DNA of 64,000 bases from Eledone cirrhosa (GCA_964016885.1 OZ024744.1:92690001-92754000); one strand, 5' to 3'; numbered from the stretch's first letter, positions 35,001 to 51,340 are shown. Notes: a model not told the origin generated them from the letters alone. A program made the numbers and translations.

Positions 35001-38000
35001 TTATTACCTGTTTGTTATATTACCTGTTTGTTATATTAAACGGTTTATTATATTACCTGTTTGTTTTATTACCTTTTTGTTATTACCTGTTTTTCATATT
35101 ACCTGTTTATTATTACATGTTTGCCATATTACCTGTTTGTTATATGTTTTTTATATTACTCATTTGTCATATTACCTGTTTGTTATATTAAACTTTTGTT
35201 ATATTACCTGTTCGGTATTACCTGTTAGGTATATTACCTGTTTGTTATATTACCTGTTTGTTATATTAACTGTTTGTTATTCCATGTTTGTTATATTACC
35301 TGTTTGTTATTGCCTGTTTGTTATATTACCTGTTTGTTATATTACCTGTTTATTTTTACTAGATTGTCATATTACCTGTTTGTTATATGTTTGTTATATT
35401 GCTCATTTGTCATATTACCTGTTTGTTATATTAAACTTTTGTTATATTACCTTTTTGTTATATTGCCTGTTTGTTATATTACATGTTTGTTATAATAACT
35501 GTTTATTATATTACTTGTTTGTTATGTTACCTGTTTGTTATATTACCTGTTAGTTATATTACCTGTTTGTTATTTTACCTGTTTGTTATATTCCCTGTTT
35601 GTTATAGTATCTGTCTGTTATTACCTGTTAGTTATATTACCTGTTTGTTATATTACCTGTTTGTTATAGTATCTGTCTGTTATTACCTGTTAGTTATATT
35701 ACCTGTTTGTTATATTACCTGTTTATTATTACTTGTTGGTGTTTACATGTTTCTTATTACTTGTTTGTTATTACCTGTTAGCTATCAACTGTTTGTTATA
35801 TTACCTGTTGCTTATATTACTTGTTTGCTATTACGTGTTTGTTATATTACCTGTTTGTTATTACCTGTTGGTTATATTACCTGTTTGTTATATTACCTGT
35901 CTGTTATTACCTGTTTGTTATATTACCTGTTTGTTATATTACTTGTTTGTTATTACATATTTGTTATATTACCTGTTTGTTATATTAACCTTTTGTTATA
36001 TTACCTTTTTGTTATTACCTGTTTGTTATATTACCTGTTTGTTATATTACCTGTTTGTTATATTACCTGTTTGTTATATTACCTTTTTGTTATTACATAT
36101 TTGTCATATTACCTCTTTGTTATATTACCTATTTGTTATATTACCTGTTTATTACAATGCCTGTATATTATATTGCCTGTTTGTTATTACCTGTTTGTTA
36201 TTAGGTGTTTGTTATCTTACTTGTTTGTTATATTACCTATTTGTCATATTACATGTTTGTTACAATGCCTGTTTATTGTATTACCTATTTGTTATAGCAC
36301 CTGTTTGTTATTACCTGTTTGTTATTAGCTGTTTGTTATCTTACTTGTTTGTTATTACTTGTTTGGTATATTTCCAGTTTGTTATTACCTGTTTGTTATA
36401 TTTCCAGTTTGTTATTACCTGTTTGTTATATTACCTGTTTGTTATTACCTGTTTGATTTTATATGGTTGTTATTACCTGTATGTTATTGCCAGCTTGTTA
36501 TTACCTGTTTGTTATATTACCTGGTTGTTATTAACTGTTTGATTTTAAATGTTTGTTATTACTTTTTTGTTATTGCCAGTTTGTTATTACCTGTTTGTTA
36601 TAATGTCTATATGTTATATTACCTGTATGTTATTACCTGTTTGTTATATTATCTGTTTGTTATATTACCTTTTTGTTATTTAACCTGTTTGTTATATTAC
36701 CTGTCTGTTATATTACCTGTTTGTTATATTACCTGTTTGTTATTACATGTTTCTTATATTACCTGTCTGTGATATTACGTTTTTGTTATTACCTGTTTCT
36801 TATAATACACGTCTGTTATTACTTGTTTGTTATATTACCTGTTTGTTATATTACCTTTGTGCTATATTGCCTGTTGGTTACTTCTTATTTGTTATATTAC
36901 CTGTTTCTTCTTACATGTTTCTTATTACGTATTTGTTATATTACCTGTTTATAATTATCTGTTTGTTATATTACTCATTTGTTATATTACCTGTTTGTTG
37001 TATTAACCGTTTGTTATATTACCTGTTTGTTATTACCTGTTTGTTATTATATGTTTTTATTACCTGTTTGTTATTACCTGTTTGTTATATTACCTGTTTG
37101 TTATTACCTAATTCTTATTACCTGTTTCTTATTACATGTTCGTTAGTACCTGTTTGTTATATTACATTTTGTTATTTTCCCTGTTTGTTATATTACCTGT
37201 CTGTTATATTAACTGTTTTTTATTACCTGTTTGTTATATTACCTGTTTGTTATATTACTTGTTTGATATTACCGGTTTGTATATAGATGTTTTTTATTAC
37301 CTGTTTGTTATTACCTATTTGTTATCAACTGTTTGTTATATTACCTGTTTGTTATATATACCTGTTTGTTATATTAACTGTTTGTTACTAACAGTTTTTA
37401 TATTACTCGTGTGTTATATTACTTGATGGTTAAATTAACTGTTTCTTATATTACCTGTTTGTTATTTCCTGTTTGTTATATTACCTGCTTTGCATATTAC
37501 CAGTTTGTATTTACATGTTTGTTTTATTGCCTGTTTGTTATATTACCTGTTTGTTATATTGCCTGTTTGTCATATTACCTTTTTGTTATTGCCTGTTTGT
37601 TATATTACCTGTTTGTTATTATATGTTTGTTATATTACTCATTTATTATGTTTCCTTTATGTTATATTAACCGTTTGTTATATTACCTGTGTGTTATTAC
37701 CTGTTTGTTATATTACCTGTTTGATATATTACATGTTTGTTATTACTTTTACGTTATTACCTGTTTGTTATATTACCTGTTTGTTGTATTACCTGTTTTT
37801 TATTACGTATTTGTTATATTACCTGTTTGTTATTACCTGTTTGTTATATTACAGGCTTGTTATTACTTGTTTGTGATATTACCTGTTTCTTATAGTACCT
37901 GTTTGTTATGTTAACTGTTTGTTGTATTACTTGTTTGTTATTACCTGTTTATTTATACGTGTTTGTTATTACCTATTTGTTATCACCTGTTTGTTATATT

Positions 38001-41000
38001 AGCTGTTTGTTATATTACCTGTTTGTTATATTACCTGTTTTTTATATTAACTGTTTGTTATTATCTGTTTGTCATCTTACCTTTTTGCCATTACCTGTTT
38101 GTTATATTACCTGTTTGTTATATTACCTGCTTCTTATTACGTGTTTCTTATTACATGTTTGTTATTACCTGTTTGTTATGTTATCTGTTTGTTATATTAC
38201 CCTGTTGTTATTTTCCGTTTGTTATATTACCTCTCTGTTATATTACCTGTTTGTTATATTGCCTGAATGTTATTACCTGTTTGTTATATTACCTGTTTGT
38301 TATAATAACTATTTGTTATAATAACTGTTTGTCATTAACAGTTTGTTATTACCTGTTTGTTATTACCTGTTTGTTATATTACCTCACGCTTATATTAGGT
38401 GTTTCTTGTATTACCTGTTTGATATTACCTGTTTGTTATTACCTGTTTGTTATTACCTGTTTGTTATATTACCTGTTTTTTATATTACCTGTTTTTATAT
38501 TACCGGTTTTTTATATTACCTGTCTGTTATATTACCTGTTTATTATCATCTGTTTGTCATATTACCTTTTTGTTATTACCTGTTAGTTATATTACCTGTT
38601 TGTTATATTCCCTGTTTGTTATTACCTGTTTGTTATATTATCTGTTTGTTATTACCTGTTTGTTATATAGCCTGTTTGTTATATTACCTGTTTCTTATAT
38701 TACCTGTTTGTTATTACCTGTTTGTAATATTACATGTTTGTTATTACATGTTTTTTATATTGCCTGTTTGTTATATTATATGTTTGTTATATTACCTGTT
38801 AGTTATATTACCTTTTTGTTATGTTACCTGTTTATTATTACCTGTTTGTTATTGCCTGTTTGTTATTTTACTTGTTTATTATATTACCTGTTTTTTATAA
38901 TACCTATTTGTTATATTAACTGTTTGTTATATTACCTGTTTGTTATATTAACTGTTTGTTATATTACCTGTTTGTTATATTACCTGTTTGTTACATTACC
39001 TGTTTGCTATGTCATCTGTTTGTTATGATCTGTTTGTTATATAACCTGTTTGATATATTACCTGTTTGTTATATTACCAATTTGTTATATTACCTCTTTG
39101 TTCTTACCTCTTTGTTCTATTACCTGTTTATTATATTACCTGTTTGTTATATTACCTGTTTGTTATTTCCTCTTTATTATTACCTGTTTCTTATTACATG
39201 TTTATTATTACCTGTTTGTTTTATTACCTGTTTGTTATTACATATTTTTTATATTACCTGTTTCTTATTTTACCAGTTTGTTATTACCTGTTTGTTATAT
39301 TACATCTTTCTTATTACTTGTTTGTTTTATTACTTGTTTGTTATATTACCTGTTTGTTATATTACTTGTTTGTTATATTACTTGTTTGTTATTAGATGTT
39401 TGTGATATTACCTGTTCATTATATTACATGTTTGTTATATTACCTGTTGTTTTATTACCTGTTTGTGATTACATAATTGTTATTACCTGTTTGTTTTTAC
39501 TGGTTATATTACTTATTTATTATTACCTGTTTGTTATTACCAGATAGTTATGTTACCTGTTTGTTATTGCTTGTTTGTTATATTACCTGTTTGTTATATT
39601 ACCTGTTTGCTCTATTACCTGTTTGTTAATAACTGTTTGTTATATTACCTGTTTGTTCTTACCTGTTTGTTCTATTACCTGTTTGTAATTACCTGTTTCT
39701 TAATACAAATTTATTATTAGCTGTTTGTTATATTAATTGTCTTTTATATTACCTGTTTGCTATTACCTGTTTGTTATTACCTGTTTGTTATATTACCTGT
39801 TTGTTATTACATATTTTTTATATTACCTGTTCTTATATTACCTTTTTATTATTACCTGTTTGTTATATTACCTGTTTGTTATATTACCAATTTGTTATGT
39901 TATCTCTTTGTTCTTACCTCTTTGTTCTATTATCTGTTTATTATATTACCTGTTTATTATATTACCTGTTTGTTATATTACCTGTTTGTTATATTACCTG
40001 TTTGTTATATTACCTGTTTGTTATATTACCTGTTTTTTATTGCCTGTTTGTTTTGTTACCTGTTTGATATTACCTGTTTGTTATATTACGTGTTTGTTAT
40101 ATTACCTGGTTGTTATTACCTGCTTGTTAAGTTACTCTTTGTTATTACCTTTTTGTTATTGCTTGTTTGTTATATTACCTGTTTGTTATATTACCTGTTT
40201 GCTATAGTACCTGTTTGTTAATAACTGTTTGTTATATTACCTATTTGATATTAACTGTTTGTTATATTACCTGTTTGTTATATTGCCTGTTTGTTATATT
40301 ACCAGTTTGCTATTTTACCTGTTTGTTATTACCTCTTTTTTATATTACCAGATTGTTATATTACCTGTTTGTTATTACCCGTTTGTTATATTACATGTTT
40401 GTAATTACCTGTTTGCTATATTACCTGTTTATTATATTACAAGTTTGTTATATTACCTGTTTGTTATTACCTGTTTCTTATTACCACTTTGTGTTATATA
40501 TACATGTTTGTTATATTACCTGTTTGTTATATAACCTGTTTGTTATTACCTGTTAGTTTTTACATGTTTGTCACTACCTGTTTTTTATTACCTGTTTGTA
40601 ATTACCTGTTTGTTATATTACATGTTTGTTATTACCTGCTTTATATTATTCGTTTTTTATTACATGTTTGTTATATTACATGTTTGTTATTATTTTTTTG
40701 TCATATTACCTGTTTCTTATATTACCTGTTTGTTATATTATCTATTTGTTATATTACTTGTTTGTCATATTACCTGTTTGTTATATTACTTGTTTGTTAT
40801 TACCTGTTTGTTAAGTCACCTTTTTGTTATTACCTGTTTGTTATTACCTGTTTGTTATATTACCTGTTTGTTTTATTACCTGTTTAATATATTACCTGTT
40901 TGTTATAGTACCTGATTATTATATTACCTGTTTGTTATATTACATATTTATTATATTACCTGTTAGTTATATTACCTGTTTGTTATATTACCTGATTATT

Positions 41001-44000
41001 ATATTACCTGTTTGTTATATTACATATTTATTATATTACCTGTTAGTTATATTACATGTTTGTTATATTACCTGTTTGGTATTAACTCTTTGTTATTACC
41101 TGTTTGTTATATTACCTGTTTGTTATTAACAGTTTGTTATATTACTCGTGTGTTATATTACCTGATGGTTATGTTAACTGTTTCTTATATTAACTGTTTG
41201 TTATTACCTGTTTGTTATATTCCCTGTTTGTTATTACCTGTTTGTTATATTACCTGTTTATTATTACCTGTTTGTTATTACCCGTTTCTTATTACATGTT
41301 TGTTATTACCTGTTTGTTATATTACCTGTTTGTTATATTACCTTTTATTATTTTACCTGTTTGTTATATTACCTGTCTGTTATTACATGTTTGTTATATT
41401 ATCAGTTTGTTAGTTTACCTGTTTGTTATATTACCTGTTTGTTATTACGTTTTTGTCATTTTACCTGTTTGTTATATTTCATGTTTATTATATTACCTGT
41501 TTATTATTACCTGTTTGTTACATTTCCTGTTTGTTATATTACCTGTTTATTAACTGTTTGTTTATACATGTTTATTATTACATGTTTGTTAATACCTGCT
41601 TGTTATTACCTGTTTGTTATATTACCTGTTTGTTATATTCCCTGTTTGTTATATTATCTGTTTGTTATTATCTGTTTCTCATATTACCTGTTTGTTATTA
41701 CCTGTTTGTTATATTACCTGTTTGTTATATTACCTGTTTGTTATATTACCTGTTTGTTATATTACCTGTTTGTTATTACCTGTTTGCTATATTACCTGTT
41801 TGTTATTACATATATTTTATATTACATGTTTGTTATGTTACCTGTTTGTTATTACCTGTTTGTTATATTACCTGTTTGTTATTAGATGTTTGTTATATTA
41901 TCTGTTCGTTATATTACATGTTTTTTATATTACCTGTCTTTTTATTCCGTTTGTTATTACATATTTGTTATTACCTGTTTGTTTTTACCTGTTATATTAC
42001 CTATTTGTTATATTACCTGTTTCCTATATTACCTGTTTGTTATATTACCTGTTTGTTATAGTACCTGTTTGTTATGTTATCTGTTTGTTATGTTACCTGT
42101 TTATTATTACCTGTTAATTATTGCCTGTTTGTAATATTACCTGTTTGTTATATTACCTGTTTGTTATATTAACTCTTTGTTATATTACTTGTTTGTTATA
42201 TTACCTGTTTGTTTTATTACTTATTTGTTATATTACATGTGTGTTATATTACCTGTTTGTTATATTACCTGTTTTTTATATTACCTGTTTTTATTACCTG
42301 TTTGTTATATTACCTGTTTGTTATATTACCTGTTTGGTATATTACCTGTTTGTTATATTACCTGTTTGTTATATTTCCTGTTTGTTATTTCCTGTTTGTT
42401 ATTACCTGTTTCTTATTACATGTTTAATATTATCTGTTTTTTATATTACCTATTTGTTATATTACGTGTTTGTTATTACCTCTTTCTAATATTACCTCTT
42501 TGTTATATAACCTGTTTTTTATATTACCTGTTTTTTATTACCTGTTTGTTTTTACGTGTTTGTTATATTACCTGCTTGTTATTACCTGTTTGTTATTACC
42601 TGCTTCTTATTACATGTTTGTTATTACCTGTTTGTTATATTATCTGTTTGTTACATTACCTTTTTGTTATTTTACCTCTTTTTCATATTACCTGTTTGTA
42701 TTATACCTGTTTGTTATATTAGCTGTTTGTTATTACTTGTTTGTTATATTACCTGTTTCATATATTACATGTTTGTTATATTCTCTGTTTATTATTACCC
42801 GTTTGTTATATTACCTGGTTTTTATATTTCCTGTTTGTTATATTACCTGTTTTCTATATAACCTGTTTGTTATTACCTGTTTGTTTTTACATGTTTGTTA
42901 TTACCTGTTTCTTATTACGTGTTTGTTAAGTTACCTACTTTTTATTACCTATTTGTTAGTACCTGTTTCTTATGAGATGTTTCTTATTACCTGTTTGTTA
43001 TATTATCTATTTGTTATATTACAATTGATTATTTTACATGTTTGTTAGTACCTGTTTGTTATATTACATGGTGGTTATTACTTGTTTGTTATATTACCTG
43101 TTTATTATTTTACATGTTTGTTATTACCTGTTTGTTATGTTACCTGTTTGTTATTACCTGTTTGTTATTGCCTGTTTGTTATATTACCTGTGTGTTATAT
43201 TACCTGTTTGCTATATTACCTGTTTGTTATATTACCTGTGTGTGTTTACCTGTTTGTCATGTTACCTATTTGTTATTACCTGTTTGTTATTATCTGTTTG
43301 TTATTACCTGTTTGTTATATTACATGTGTGTTATATTACCTGTTTGTTCTATTACCTGTTTGTTATATTACCTGTTTGTTATATTACCTGTTTGTTATTA
43401 TACCTGTTTTTTATATTACCTGTTTGTTATATTCCCTGTTTGTTATCTTACCTATCTGTTATACTTCCTGTTTGTCATGTTACCTGTTTGTTATATTCTC
43501 TGTTTGTTATATTTCCTGTTTGTTATTACATGTTTGTTATATTACCTGTTTATTATATTACCTGTTTGTTATTACCTCTTTTTTATATTACCTGTTTGTA
43601 TATACATGTTTCTTAATACAGGTTTGTTATATTACCTGTTTGTTGTATTACCTGTTTATTATATTACGTGTTTGTTATTACCTCTTTTTTATATTACCTG
43701 TTTGTTATTACTTGTTTGTCATATTACCTGTTTCTTACATTGCATGTTTATTATTAACTGTTTGTTATATTACCTGTTTGTTATATAACGTGTTTGTTAT
43801 TACCTGTTTGTTTTTACATGTTTGTTATTACTTGTTTTTTATTACCAGTTTGTAATTACCTGTATGTTATTACATCTTTGTTATATTACCTGTCTGTTAT
43901 ATTATCTGCGTGATATTTTACCTTTTTGTATATTTTACCTGTTTGTTACATTCCCTGCTTGTTATATGACCTGTTTGTTATTACCTGTTAAATTACATGT

Positions 44001-47000
44001 TTGTTATTACTTGTTTGATATTTTACGTGTTTGTTATATTAACTGTTTGTTATATTTCCTGTTAGTTATATTACCTGTTTGTTATATTATTTGTTTGTTA
44101 TATTACCTATTTGTAATTAGATGTTTGTTATATTACCTGTTCGTTATATTACCTGTTTATTATTTTACCTGTTTTCTATATTAACTCTTTGTTATTTTAC
44201 CTGTTTGTTATATTCCCTGCTTGTTATATGACTAGTTTGTTATATTACGTGTTTGTTATTAGATGTTCGTTATATTACCTGTTTGTTATATGACCTGTTT
44301 TTTATTACCTGTTTGTTAAATTACATGTTTGTTATATTACCTGTTTGTTATATTAGTTATTTGTTATATTACCTGTTTGTCATTACTTGTTTGTTTTTTT
44401 ACCTGTTTATTATATTTCCTGTTAGTTATATTATTTGTTTGTTATATTACCTATTTGTAATTAGATGTTTCTTATATTACCTGTTTATTATTTTACCTGT
44501 TTGTTATATTAACTCTTTGTTATATTACCTGTTTGTTTTATTACTTGTTTGTTATATTACCTGTTTGTTATATTACCTGTTTGTTATTAGATGTTCGTTA
44601 TATTACCTGTTTGTTATATTACCTGTTTGTTATATTACCTGTTTGTTATATTACCTGTTTGTTATTACCTGTTTGTTATATTACCTCTGTGTTATATTAC
44701 CTGTTTGTTATTACCTGTTTGTTTTATTACCTGTTTGTTATTACCTGTTTGTTATTGCCTGTTTGTTATATTACCTCTGTGTTATATTACCTGTTTGTTA
44801 TTACCTGTTTGTTATATTACCTGTGTGTGTTTACCTGTTTGTCATGTTACCTATTTGTTATTACCTGTTTGTTATATTACCTGTTTGATATATTACCTGT
44901 TTGTTATATTACCTGTTTTTATTACCTGTTTGTTCTATTACCTGTTTGTTCTATTACCTGTTTGTTATATTACCTGTTTGTTATATTAACTGTTTGTTCT
45001 ATTACCTATTTGGCATATTACCTGTTTGTTATATTACCTGTTTGTTATTTTACCTGTTTTTTATATTACCTGTTATTCATGTTTCCTTTTTATTATTACC
45101 TCTTTGTTATATTACCTGATTGTTATATTACCTGTTTGTTATATTCCCTGTTTGTTATCTTACCTATCTGTTATACTACCTGTTTGTCATATTACCTGTT
45201 TTTTATATTCTCTGTTTGTTATATTACCTGTTTGTTATATTTCCTGTTTGTTATTACCTGTTTGTTATATTCCCTGTTTGTTATCTTACCTATCTGTTAT
45301 ACTACCTGTTTGTTATATTACCTGTTTGTTATATTTCCTGTTTGTTATTACCTGTTTGTTATATTACCTGTTTGTTATATTACCTGTTTGTTATTACATG
45401 TTTGTTATATTACCTGTTTGTTATTACCTGTTTGTTATTTTACCTGTTTGTTATATTACCTGTTTGTAATATTAACTGTTTGTTTTATTACCTTTTTGTT
45501 ATATTACCTGTTTGTTTATACATGTTTCTTATTACCTGTTCGTTATATTACCTTTTTGTTATTTTACCTGTTTTTTATATTACCTGTTTGTTATATTACC
45601 TGTTTATTATATTACCTGTTTGTTATTACCTCTTTTTTATATTACCTGTTTGTTATTACTTGTCTGTCATATTACCTGTTTCTTATATTACATGTTTATT
45701 ATTAACTGTTTGTTATATTACCTGTTTGTTATAGACGTGTTTGTTAATACCTGTTTGTTTTTACATGTTTGTTATTACTTTTTTTTTATTACCTGTTTGT
45801 AATTACCTGTTTGTTATTACCTGTTTGTTATATTATCTGTGTTATATATTACCTTTTTGTTATTTTACCTCTTTGTTATATTCCCTGCTTGTTATATTAC
45901 CTGTTTGTTATGAGCTGTTTGTTATATTACCTGTTTGTTATTACCTGTTTGTTATATTACATGTTTGTTATTACTTGTTTGTTATTTTACCTGTTTGTTA
46001 TACTAACTGTTTGTTATATTACCTGTTTGTTATATTACTTGTTTGTTATATTACCTATTTGTAATTAGATGTTTGTTATATTACCTGTTCGTTATATTAC
46101 CTGTTTGTTATATTACCTGTTTTTTTATTACCTATTTGTTATTACATATTTGTTATTACCTGTTTGTTTTTACCTGTTATATTACCTATTTGTTATATTA
46201 CCTGTTTATTACATGTTTGTTATTACTTGTTTTTTATTACCTGTTTGTAATTACCTGTTTGTTATTATGTGTTTGTTATATTACCTGCTTGTTATTACCT
46301 GTTTGTTATTACCTGTTTGTTATGTTACCTGTTTCTTATTACATGTTTGTTTTTGCCTGTTTGATATATTACCTGTTTGTTATATTACCGGTGTTTTATT
46401 ACCTGTTTGTTATTTTACTTGTTTGTTTTTACCTGTTTGTTATGTTACCTGTTTGTTATATTACCTGTTTGTTATATTACCTGTTTGTTATATTACCTGT
46501 TTGTTATATTACCCATTTGTTATTACCTGTTTGTTATGTTTCCCGTTTGTTATTACCTGTTTATTATTGCCTGTTTGCTATATTACCTGTTTGTTATATT
46601 ACCTGTTTGTTATTACCTGTTTTTTATTACCTGTTTGTTATATTACCTGTTTGTTATATTACCTGTGCGTTATATTACCTGTTTCTTATATTACCTTTAT
46701 TTTATTACCTGTTTGCTATATTACCTGTTTATTATATTACCAGATTGTTATATTACCTGTTTGTTATTACCTGTTCCTATTATTACCTGTTTGTTATATT
46801 TCCTGTTTGTTACATAACCAGTTTATTAGTACCTTTGGTTTTTACATGTTTGTTATTACTTGTTTTTTATTACCTGTTTGTAATCACCTGCTTGTTATTA
46901 CCTGTTTGTTATTACCTGTTTGTTATATTACCTGTTGAATATATTACCTGTATGGTATATTACCTGTTTGTTACATTACCTGTTTGTTTTATTACCTATT

Positions 47001-50000
47001 TGTTATAGTACCTTTTTGTTTTATTACCTGTTTGGTATATTACCTCTTTGTTATTACCTCTTTATTATTGCCTCTTTGATATATAACCTGTTTGTCATAT
47101 TCCCTTTTATTATAGTACCTGTTTGTTATTACCTGTTTGTTATTACCTATTTGTTATATTACCTGCTTGTTATATTACCCATTTGTTGTATTACCTGTTT
47201 GTTATTAACTGTTTTGTATATTGCCTGTTTGTAATTACGTGTTTGTTATGTTACCTGCTTGTTATTATCTGTTTATTATTACCTGTTTGTTATGTTATCT
47301 GTTTGTTATTACCTGTTTGTTATTGCCTGTTTGATATATTACCTGTTTGTTATATTATCTGTTTGTTATTACCTGTTTGTTTGTTTATTATATTACCTGT
47401 TTGTTATTACCTATTTGTTATTGCCTGTTTGTTATATTACCTGTTTGTTATATTACCCGTTTGTTATATTACCTGTTTGTTATTACCTGTTTATTATATT
47501 ACGTGTTTGCTATAATACCTGTTTGTTATATTACCTGTGTGTTTTTACCTGTTTGTTATGCTATCTGTTTGTTATTACCTGTTTGTTATATCAGCTGTTT
47601 GTAATATTACCCGTTTGTTATATTACCTGTTTGTTATTACCTGTTTGTTCTATTACCTGTTTGTTATATTACCTATTTGGTATATTATCTGTTTATTATT
47701 ACCTGTTCCTAATATTACCTGTTTGTTATATAACTGGTTTGTTATTACTTATTCGTTTTTACATGTTTGTTATTACCTCTTTTTTATTACATGTTTATAA
47801 TTACCTGCTTGTTATTACCTGGGTGTTATTACCTGTTTCTTATTACATGTTTGTTATTACCTCTTTGCTATATTATCTGTTTGTTATATTATCTTTTTGT
47901 TATTTTACCTGTTTGTTATATTACCTGTTTGTTATTACCTGTTTATTAACTTACTTGTCTGTTATTACTTGTTTGTTATTACCTGTTTGTTAAGTTACCT
48001 GTTTGTTATATTACCTGTTTGTTATATTACATGTTTAATATATTACCTGTTTGTTATATTACCTGTTTGTTACATTACCTGTTTGTTATATTACCTACTT
48101 GTTTTATTACCTCTTTGTTATATTGCATGTTTGTTATATTACCTGTCTGTTATATTACCTCTTTGTTATTACCTCTTTGTTATTGCCTCTTTGTTATATA
48201 ACCTGTTTGTTATATTACCTGTTTATTATATTACCAGTTTGTTATTCCCTGTTTGTTATATTACCTATTTGTTATTACCTTTTTGTTATATTACCTGTTT
48301 GTTATTACATGTTTGTTATATTACCTCTTTGTTATATTACCTCATTGTTATTATTTGTTTGTTATATGACCTGTTTGTTATATTACCTGTTTTTATATAA
48401 CCTGTTTCTTATATTACATGTTTGTTATATTACCTGTTTATTACTACCTGTTTGTTATATTACCTGTTTGTTATATTACCTATTTGTCATATTGCCTGTT
48501 TGTTATATTCCCTGTTTGTTATATTACCTGTTTGTTATTACATGTTTGTTATATTGCCTGTTTGTTATATTACCTCATTGTTATTACTTGTTTGTTATAT
48601 TACCTGTTTGTTATATTACCTGTTTGTTATGTAACCTGTTTCTTATATTACATGTTTGTTATATTACCTGTTTATTACTACCTGTTTGTCATATTGCCTG
48701 TTTGTTATATTACCTGGTTGTCATTACCTGTTTGTTCTACTACCTCTTTGTTATATTACCTGTTTGTTATATTACCTGTTTAATATATTACCTGTTTGTT
48801 ACATTACCTGTTTGTTATGTTACCTGTTTATTATATTACCTATTTGTTATATTACCTGTTTGTAATAATACCTGTTTGTTATATTACCTGATTGTTATTA
48901 CCTCTTTGTTATTACCTGTTTGTTATATACCCTCTTTGTTATATTACCTCTTTATTATACTACCTGTTTATTATTACCTGTTGTTATATAACCTGTTTGT
49001 TATATTACCCATTTATTATATTACTTGTTTGTTATTACCTGTTTGATGTATTACCTGTTTGTTATATCACCTGTTTGGTATATTACCTGTTTATTATATT
49101 ACCTGTTTGTTATTATCTGCATTATACTACTTTTTTGTATTAACTGTCTGTTATATTACATGTTTGTTATTACCTGTTTCTTATTACCTGTTTGTTATAT
49201 TACCTGTTTGTTATTACATGTTTTTTATATTACCTGTTTGTTATATTACCTCATTGTTATTACTTGTTTGTTATATTACCTGTTTGTTATATTACCTGTT
49301 TGTTATATTACCTGTTTGTTATTACCTGTTTGTTAAGTTACCTGTTTTTATTACCTGTTTGTTATTACCTGCTAGTTATATTACTTGTTTGTTATATTGC
49401 CTGTTTGTTATGTTACCTGTTTGTTATATTAACTATTTGTTATATTACCTGTTTGTTATATTACCTGTTTGTTATATTACCTATTTGTTATTACCTCTTT
49501 GTTATTAACTGTTTGTTATATAACCTGTTTGTTATATTACCCATTTGTTATATTACCTTTTTGATATTACCTGTTTGATGTATTACCTGTTTGGTATATT
49601 ACCTGTTTGTTATTATCTGTGTTATATTACCTGTTTGTTATATTACTTGTTTGTTATTACCTGTTTGCTATATTACCTGTTTGTTATTACCTGTTTGTTA
49701 TTACCAGTTTGTTATATTAGCTCCTTGTTATATTACCTGTTTCTCATATAAATTGTTTGTTATATTCTCTGTTTGTTATATTACCTGTTTGTTATATTAC
49801 CTGTTTTGTTATTACCTGTTTGTTATATTACCTGTTTGTTATATTACCTGTTTGTTATATTACCTGTTTGTTATATTACCTGTTTTCTTATTACCTGTTT
49901 TTTATTACCTGTTTGTTATATAACCTGTTTTTCATATTACCCATTTGTTATATTACCTGTTTTTTATTACCTGTTTGATGTATTACCTGTTTGTTATTAC

Positions 50001-51340
50001 CTGTTAGTTATATTGCCTGTTTGTTATATTACCTGTTTGTTATATTACCTGTTTACTACCTGTTTGTTATATTACCTGTTTGTTATATTACCTGTTTTTT
50101 ATGTTACATGTCTGTTATACTTCCTGTTTTTTATATTACCTGTTTGTTATATTACCTGTTTGTTATGTTACCTGTTTGTTATTACCAGTTTGTTATATTA
50201 GCTCTTTGTTATATTACTTGTTTGTCATATAACTTGTTTGTTATATTCTCTGTTTGTTATATTACCTGTTTGTTATATTACCTGTTTTTTATGTTACATG
50301 TCTGTTATACTACCTGTTTTTTATATTACCTGTTTGTTATATTACCTGTTTGTTATATTACCTGTTTGTTATATTACCTGTTTGTTATATTACCTGTTTG
50401 TTATATTACCTGTTTGTTATTACCAGTTTGTTATATTAGCTCTTTGTTATATTACCTGTTTGTCATATAACTTGTTTGTTATATTCTCTGTTTGTTATAT
50501 TACCTGTTTGTTATATTTCCTGTTTGTTATATTACCTGTTTGTTATATTACCTGTTTGTTGTATTACCTGTTTGTTATTGTCTGTTTGTTATTACCTGTT
50601 TCCTATTACCTGTTTCTTATTACCTGTTTGTTATATTACCTATTTGTTATATTACCTGTTTGTTATATTACCTGTTTTTTATGTTACATGTCTGTTATAC
50701 TACCTGTTTTTTATATTACCTGTTTGTTATATTACCTGTTTGTTATGTTACCTGTTTGTTATTACCAGTTTGTTATATTAGCTCTTTGTTATATTACTTG
50801 TTTGTCATATAACTTGTTTGTTATATTCTCTGTTTGTTATATTACCTGTTTGTTATATTACCTGTTTTTTATGTTACATGTCTGTTATACTACCTGTTTT
50901 TTATATTACCTGTTTGTTATATTACCTGTTTGTTATATTACCTGTTTGTTATTACCAGTTTGTTATATTACCTGTTTGCTATATTACCTGTTTGTTATAT
51001 TACCTGTTTGTTATATTACCTGTTTGTTATATTACCTGTTTGTTATTACCAGTTTGTTATATTAGCTCTTTGTTATATTACCTGTTTGTCATATAACTTG
51101 TTTGTTATATTCTCTGTTTGTTATATTACCTGTTTGTTATATTTCCTGTTTGTTATATTACCTGTTTGTTATATTACCTGTTTGTTGTATTACCTGTTTG
51201 TTATTGTCTGTTTGTTATTACCTGTTTCCTATTACCTGTTTCTTATTACCTGTTTGTTATATTACCTATTTGTTATATTACCTATTTGTTATATTACCTG
51301 TTTGTTCTTTTACTTCTTTGTTATTACCTGTTTATTTGTG
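32045..51340. repeat. Diverged satellite of mixed 16-bp and 13-bp (TTACCTGTTTGTTA-type) monomers, about 19 kb
   Basis: Same core, with frequent 3-bp deletion variants and many substitutions. Confidence 0.98.

Noticed and set aside
21570-51340. Satellite as telomeric repeat
   Set aside because: The monomer does not resemble TTAGGG, and the array is flanked by ordinary interspersed repeats on both sides.
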